Assembly: GCA_017513285.1 (NCBI GenBank)
Contig: JAFXGD010000046.1
Location: 1-58,296, forward strand
Reading direction: 5' to 3'
Source: Alphaproteobacteria bacterium
GTDB lineage: Bacteria > Pseudomonadota > Alphaproteobacteria > Rs-D84
Length of the DNA stretch: 58,296 bases
The translations under genes were made by a program, and so were the position numbers. Of this stretch, positions 53,954-58,296 are shown one piece after another. Each line of letters begins with the position of its first letter. The first letter of the stretch is position 1. The notes beneath the pieces are model-generated. The model searched no databases. It saw nothing but the letters and a program-made list of their open reading frames with translations, and had not been told where the DNA came from.

Positions 53954-56614
53954 TTAGTTCTTTTTTGGGAACCGAACGGCTGCCTGGGCGGCTGCCAAAC
54001 GTGCGATTGGCACACGGAATGGCGAACAAGACACAGAATTAAATCCAACCTGATGGAAGAACATAATAGATTCTGGGTCACCACCATGTTCACCACAGAC
54101 GCCCAAATGGATATGTTCGCCTTTGGTGTCGCGTGCTTTTTTCACTGCGTCTTTAATCAACAGACCGACACCCGCTTGATCGACGGATGCGAATGGGTCT
54201 GCGACATAAACGCCACGTGCACGGTATTCGTCCAAGATTTTTGCGGTATCATCACGGCTCATTCCCAATGTTGTTTGGGTTAAATCGTTTGTACCGAATT
54301 CAAAGAATTCACAACTTTCTGCGATTTCGTTTGCCAAAACTGCGGCACGTGGCAATTCAATCATAGAACCGACTGTATATTCCACGGATTCGCCTGTTTC
54401 TGCGAACAAAGATTGTGCAGTTGCATCGATAACGGCTTTGACGATATCCACTTCTTTCTTGGAACCGACCAAAGGCACTTCGATTTCTGGGAACACACGT
54501 ACGCCTGCTTTTTTAACTTCCAACGCTGCGGACAGAATTGCACGTGTCTGCATTTCGCAGATTTCTGGGTATGTGATGGCCAAGCGGCATCCACGATGAC
54601 CCAACATTGGGTTTTGTTCATGCAATTGTTCTGCACGTTGTTTGATGAATTCAACGGATTTACCGATATGTTTTGCCAAATCTTCGATTTCTGCATCTGT
54701 ATGTGGCAAGAATTCATGTAACGGCGGGTCGATTAAGCGCACAGTAACCGGCAGACCGTCCATAATTTTGAACAGTTCGACAAAGTCGGCTTTCTGATAA
54801 GGCAACAATTTTGCCAATGCGGCACGTCTGCCTGCTTCATCTTCGGCCAAAATCATTTCACGCATATCTTGGATACGGGATGGGTCAAAGAACATGTGTT
54901 CTGTACGTGCCAAACCGATACCTTCTGCACCGAAATCGCGTGCTTGTTTTGCGTCTTTTGGTGTTTCTGCGTTTGCTTTGACGGTCAAAGTTTTGATTTC
55001 ATCAACCCATTTCATCAAAGTACCAAAGTTGCCTGTCAATTCAACAGAAACTGTTGGGATTTGACCGGCGATAATTTGACCTTTGGCGCCATCAATAGAA
55101 ATCCAGTCGCCTTCACGGATAACCGTACCGTCTGTTGTTTTCAGTGTTTTAGCCTCATAATCGATTTTGATATCAGGTGACCCAGATACGCATGGTGTAC
55201 CCATACCACGTGCAACCACGGCGGCGTGTGAAGTCATACCACCACGTGCGGTGATAACACCTTGGGCGGCATTCATACCTGCGATATCTTCTGGGGATGT
55301 TTCGATACGGATTAACATCACTTTTTTACCTTCGGCGGCCCATTTTTCTGCATCTTCTGCGTTAAATACGGCTTGACCGACTGCGGCCCCTGGGGATGCA
55401 GGCAGACCGTTTGCAATAACTTTCTTTTCTGCTTTTGGGTCCAACATTGGGTGCAACAGGTGGTCTAACTGTTCTGCGCCAACACGCAAGATTGCTTCTT
55501 CTTTGGTCAACAGTCCTTCTTCCACCATTTCCACTGCCATACGCACTGCGGCTGCGGCTGTACGTTTACCGTTACGGCATTGCAGCATCCACAATTTACC
55601 ATGTTCGATTGTGAATTCCATGTCTTGCATATCTTTATAATGCTTTTCCAATTTTTCACGAACATCGCACAGTTCTGCATAAACAGATGGCATTGCTTCT
55701 TCCAAAGACAGGCGTCCGGAATCATCTTTGCTCATTGGCTGTGGTGTACGGATACCTGCCACAACGTCTTCACCTTGGGCGTTAATCAGGTATTCACCAT
55801 AGTATTTATTTTCACCTGTGGCTGGGTCACGGCTAAAGCAAACGCCTGTTGCGGAATCGTCGCCTGAATTACCGAACACCATTGCCTGAACGTTAACAGC
55901 GGTACCCCAATCGGCTGGGATATTATTCAATTTACGATATGTGATGGCTTTTTTGCTCATCCAAGAACCGAACACGGCGCCGATACCCATTTCCAACTGT
56001 TTCCAAGGGTCTTGTGGGAAAACTTTACCGATTTTAACGCCAATTTCTTTGAATTTTTCAACCAAGTCTTTCAAATCATCGGCTGTCAATTCTGTATCCA
56101 GTTTATAACCTTTTTCTTCCTTCATGCGTTCCAGTGTATGTTCAAACAGGTCGATATCCGCACCCATAACAACTTCACTGAACATCATGATAAAGCGGCG
56201 ATATGAATCGTATGCAAAGCGTTCATTACCGGAAATTTTTGCCAATGCTTTTACTGTATCGTCATTCAAACCCAAATTCAATACAGTGTCCATCATACCC
56301 GGCATAGAAACACGTGCGCCACTGCGAACGGAAACCAACAATGGGTTTTCCAAATCTGCGAATTTTTTACCCATAATGGATTCAACGTGTGCGATACCAG
56401 CACGCACTTGGTCCATTAAATCGGATGGATATGTTTGATTATTTGCATAGTAATATGTACAAACATCGGTTGTCACTGTAAAGCCGGCCGGCACAGGCAA
56501 TCCAACCAAGTTCATTTCGGCCAAATTTGCACCTTTGCCACCCAGCAGATTTTTCATATCTGCCTGACCTTCGGCTTGACCATTACCAAAGGTATATACC
56601 CATTTTTCACTCAT
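53954..56614 (-). CDS. ppdK: Pyruvate, phosphate dikinase
   Basis: 886 aa from ATG 56614 (MSEKWVYTFG, with a GGAGA SD). Phosphohistidine motif GGMTSHAAVVARG and a C-terminal PEP-utilising TIM barrel. Confidence 0.95.
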   Translation of the reverse strand: MSEKWVYTFGNGQAEGQADMKNLLGGKGANLAEMNLVGLPVPAGFTVTTDVCTYYYANNQTYPSDLMDQVRAGIAHVESIMGKKFADLENPLLVSVRSGARVSMPGMMDTVLNLGLNDDTVKALAKISGNERFAYDSYRRFIMMFSEVVMGADIDLFEHTLERMKEEKGYKLDTELTADDLKDLVEKFKEIGVKIGKVFPQDPWKQLEMGIGAVFGSWMSKKAITYRKLNNIPADWGTAVNVQAMVFGNSGDDSATGVCFSRDPATGENKYYGEYLINAQGEDVVAGIRTPQPMSKDDSGRLSLEEAMPSVYAELCDVREKLEKHYKDMQDMEFTIEHGKLWMLQCRNGKRTAAAAVRMAVEMVEEGLLTKEEAILRVGAEQLDHLLHPMLDPKAEKKVIANGLPASPGAAVGQAVFNAEDAEKWAAEGKKVMLIRIETSPEDIAGMNAAQGVITARGGMTSHAAVVARGMGTPCVSGSPDIKIDYEAKTLKTTDGTVIREGDWISIDGAKGQIIAGQIPTVSVELTGNFGTLMKWVDEIKTLTVKANAETPKDAKQARDFGAEGIGLARTEHMFFDPSRIQDMREMILAEDEAGRRAALAKLLPYQKADFVELFKIMDGLPVTVRLIDPPLHEFLPHTDAEIEDLAKHIGKSVEFIKQRAEQLHEQNPMLGHRGCRLAITYPEICEMQTRAILSAALEVKKAGVRVFPEIEVPLVGSKKEVDIVKAVIDATAQSLFAETGESVEYTVGSMIELPRAAVLANEIAESCEFFEFGTNDLTQTTLGMSRDDTAKILDEYRARGVYVADPFASVDQAGVGLLIKDAVKKARDTKGEHIHLGVCGEHGGDPESIMFFHQVGFNSVSCSPFRVPIARLAAAQAAVRFPKKN

Positions 56615-56678
56615 GGTTTCTCCTTGCGTTAAATTAAAATGCCACAAGATTATGGGGTATGAAATGTCACTTCGCAAG

Positions 56679-56706
56679 AAAAAAATCGGCACGAATGCCG
56701 ATTTTT
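56679..56706. terminator. Hairpin terminator variant
   Basis: AAAAAAATCGGCACGAATGCCGATTTTT. Confidence 0.6.
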
Positions 56707-58174
56707 AATTATTTTCATTGTCATTTGGTTTAAACCTGGTGAACATTGCTTTCATACGTTTGGCCAAATTGTCTTTCAAACCTTGTGCTGAATCCGTGAA
56801 CAGATCTGCTTTGCTGCGTTGTGGCGGCGGCAGATTGCGCAAATAGTGTTTGATTGTCACCAAGTCCATATAAAAAATGCCTTCATTTTCTGGGGCAAAC
56901 ATATCCCGGTTAACCTTGTCGTAATCCAGTGCAGGTGCATCATACATATATGCAACATCCCCCTGTCCCCCCAGGTATTGGCGACCCGCACTGCGCAGAA
57001 CATCGACTGAATCACGAATATCACCGATTTGACCATCCAAAGCATCTGCGATTTTTTTTAATTCTGGGGAACCGTAATGATCTAAAATGTCTTCCAATCC
57101 GCCCTTTCTGAACCATATGTTGTCTGCTTCTTTATCCCTGATTTGAAATCCCCCAAAGAATTCCCATTTTCCTGTCGGGACATCGGTTTTTCCGGCCTTG
57201 CCCGTAGAAGTATAGAAAGGCAGTTTTTTATCGCCAACACTGGTCAACAATACGGGGCGTCCGTGGACGGCGCCGATATCATCCATTGATTCTATTACCA
57301 CGGGGTTTTCGTGTATGTCCGTCAAAGGTTTGCCGACCACTTTCTTTAAGTTTTCCATGGTTTTTGCATTATCTTTTTTCAATATCAGGTCGCCATATTG
57401 ATATTCTGCCCCCAATAACTTTGCATCAGATTTTTTAATTGCGATAACGATATAATCGTCTTTGTTACCTGTGCCATATTTGCCCAACGTCGTCACATAG
57501 TGTGTTCCTGCACTTTCTATTTTTTGTGCCAAATTGTCTGCGGACCATCTTTTTATTCCTGTGGATGGTATCATATTATCACGTGGCATACAGTCGTCGT
57601 CAAAAACGTATACTGGGATGTTGGTGCCTTTGATTTTGCGTGTATGGTATTGTCCCAATATTGCATCCAATGTATAGTTCGCAGGGTCGAACATTAAAAA
57701 CTTGCCTTTATTTGTATTTACTGCATGTACACCGTCAAATCCATATTGTTCCAACATACCAATCATTTGTTGTATCTGTTGTGATGTCATGTTATCAATT
57801 GGCGCCCGATAGTGTTCAAATCCCAATGCAGATGTTTCTGCTGTTTTGTGCGCCCAATTTAATCCGGTCAATCTGCTTAATTGATCCCCCAACTCTTCGA
57901 CCAACATTTCGGGTTCTACGACTTCGGCCAATACTTCGGGTTCTGCAACCTCGACCAATACTTCGGGTTCTACGACTTCGACCACAACTTCATCGTTTTC
58001 AATCGGTCTTGCTTTATCGTTCAGATTTTTACGCTTTTGTTGTTTGTTTGACGCATTTGGTTCGTTTGTTTGTACTTCTTGTAAATAGGGGTCTTGATAC
58101 TCTGGTTGGCCCAACGTCGGATCTGATAATAAAACTTCTTGTGGGTCATCGCCAAAGATTGGGTCGTCAAACAT
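56705..58174 (-). CDS. Hypothetical 489-aa protein with an acidic N-terminal repeat
   Basis: Long ORF. Three tandem 9-aa repeats (EV[VA]EPE[VM]L[VA]) sit in an acidic, Pro/Gln-rich N-terminus. The globular C-terminus has no recognised family. Confidence 0.6.
   Translation of the reverse strand: MFDDPIFGDDPQEVLLSDPTLGQPEYQDPYLQEVQTNEPNASNKQQKRKNLNDKARPIENDEVVVEVVEPEVLVEVAEPEVLAEVVEPEMLVEELGDQLSRLTGLNWAHKTAETSALGFEHYRAPIDNMTSQQIQQMIGMLEQYGFDGVHAVNTNKGKFLMFDPANYTLDAILGQYHTRKIKGTNIPVYVFDDDCMPRDNMIPSTGIKRWSADNLAQKIESAGTHYVTTLGKYGTGNKDDYIVIAIKKSDAKLLGAEYQYGDLILKKDNAKTMENLKKVVGKPLTDIHENPVVIESMDDIGAVHGRPVLLTSVGDKKLPFYTSTGKAGKTDVPTGKWEFFGGFQIRDKEADNIWFRKGGLEDILDHYGSPELKKIADALDGQIGDIRDSVDVLRSAGRQYLGGQGDVAYMYDAPALDYDKVNRDMFAPENEGIFYMDLVTIKHYLRNLPPPQRSKADLFTDSAQGLKDNLAKRMKAMFTRFKPNDNENN
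57896..57976. repeat. 27-bp tandem repeat x3 (plus a partial fourth copy)
   Basis: TTCGACCAACATTTCGGGTTCTACGAC / TTCGGCCAATACTTCGGGTTCTGCAAC / CTCGACCAATACTTCGGGTTCTACGAC, all inside the 489-aa ORF. Confidence 0.85.
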
Positions 58175-58296
58175 ATTGAAACTCCTTTTACCACTGACTT
58201 TAAATTACACTAATTATACTACATTTTACATGCGCAAGCCACGGAAAATAATTTTGACAATTCTGAATCAGACCGTGAATTGATGATAATTGGTGC

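Overview
This is a 58.3-kb AT-rich bacterial chromosome segment packed with housekeeping genes. It looks alphaproteobacterial and genome-reduced. Supporting signs are an SspB-alpha-like adaptor, rsmG-parA-parB, Pal, PPDK, a type-2-like IleRS, and shortened DnaG, TopA, MnmG and GpsA. Several classical operons are also split: mreB lies away from mreCD-mrdA-rodA, infC away from rpmI-rplT, mnmG away from rsmG, and the MacA-like/TolC pair away from the MacB-like ABC pair. I support 3 tRNAs (Cys-GCA, Thr-CGU, Val-GAC) and about 50 CDS. There is also a family of near-identical hairpin terminators and parS-like sites upstream of parAB. I saw no rRNA and no CRISPR. The one clear accessory region is a ~7.8-kb island (24316-32158) integrated into the 3' end of tRNA-Val. 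It is bounded by a perfect 20-nt direct repeat and carries a long tyrosine integrase. Inside it are a SpoVG-like ORF and a 0.5-kb ORF-free, highly self-complementary region followed by a small HUH Rep-like gene. It also holds an M.EcoRI-family methylase plus DUF262-HNH nuclease operon, bracketed by two divergent small serine recombinases whose flanking spacers share short motifs. The island is strikingly enriched in CGCG-containing palindromes (8 CCGCGG, 8 GCGCGC). My best candidate for an undescribed system is this recombinase-bracketed methylase/nuclease cassette together with the Rep plus structured-DNA module. Smaller curiosities elsewhere include a tandem-duplication junction between ileS and nth and a 33-nt duplication enclosing an sRNA-like unit beside tRNA-Thr. 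Others are an AUU-start infC, a UDG-fold protein lacking its catalytic and Fe-S motifs, and several Cys-rich or repeat-bearing orphan ORFs. All functional calls rest on motif recognition by eye; no database search was run.
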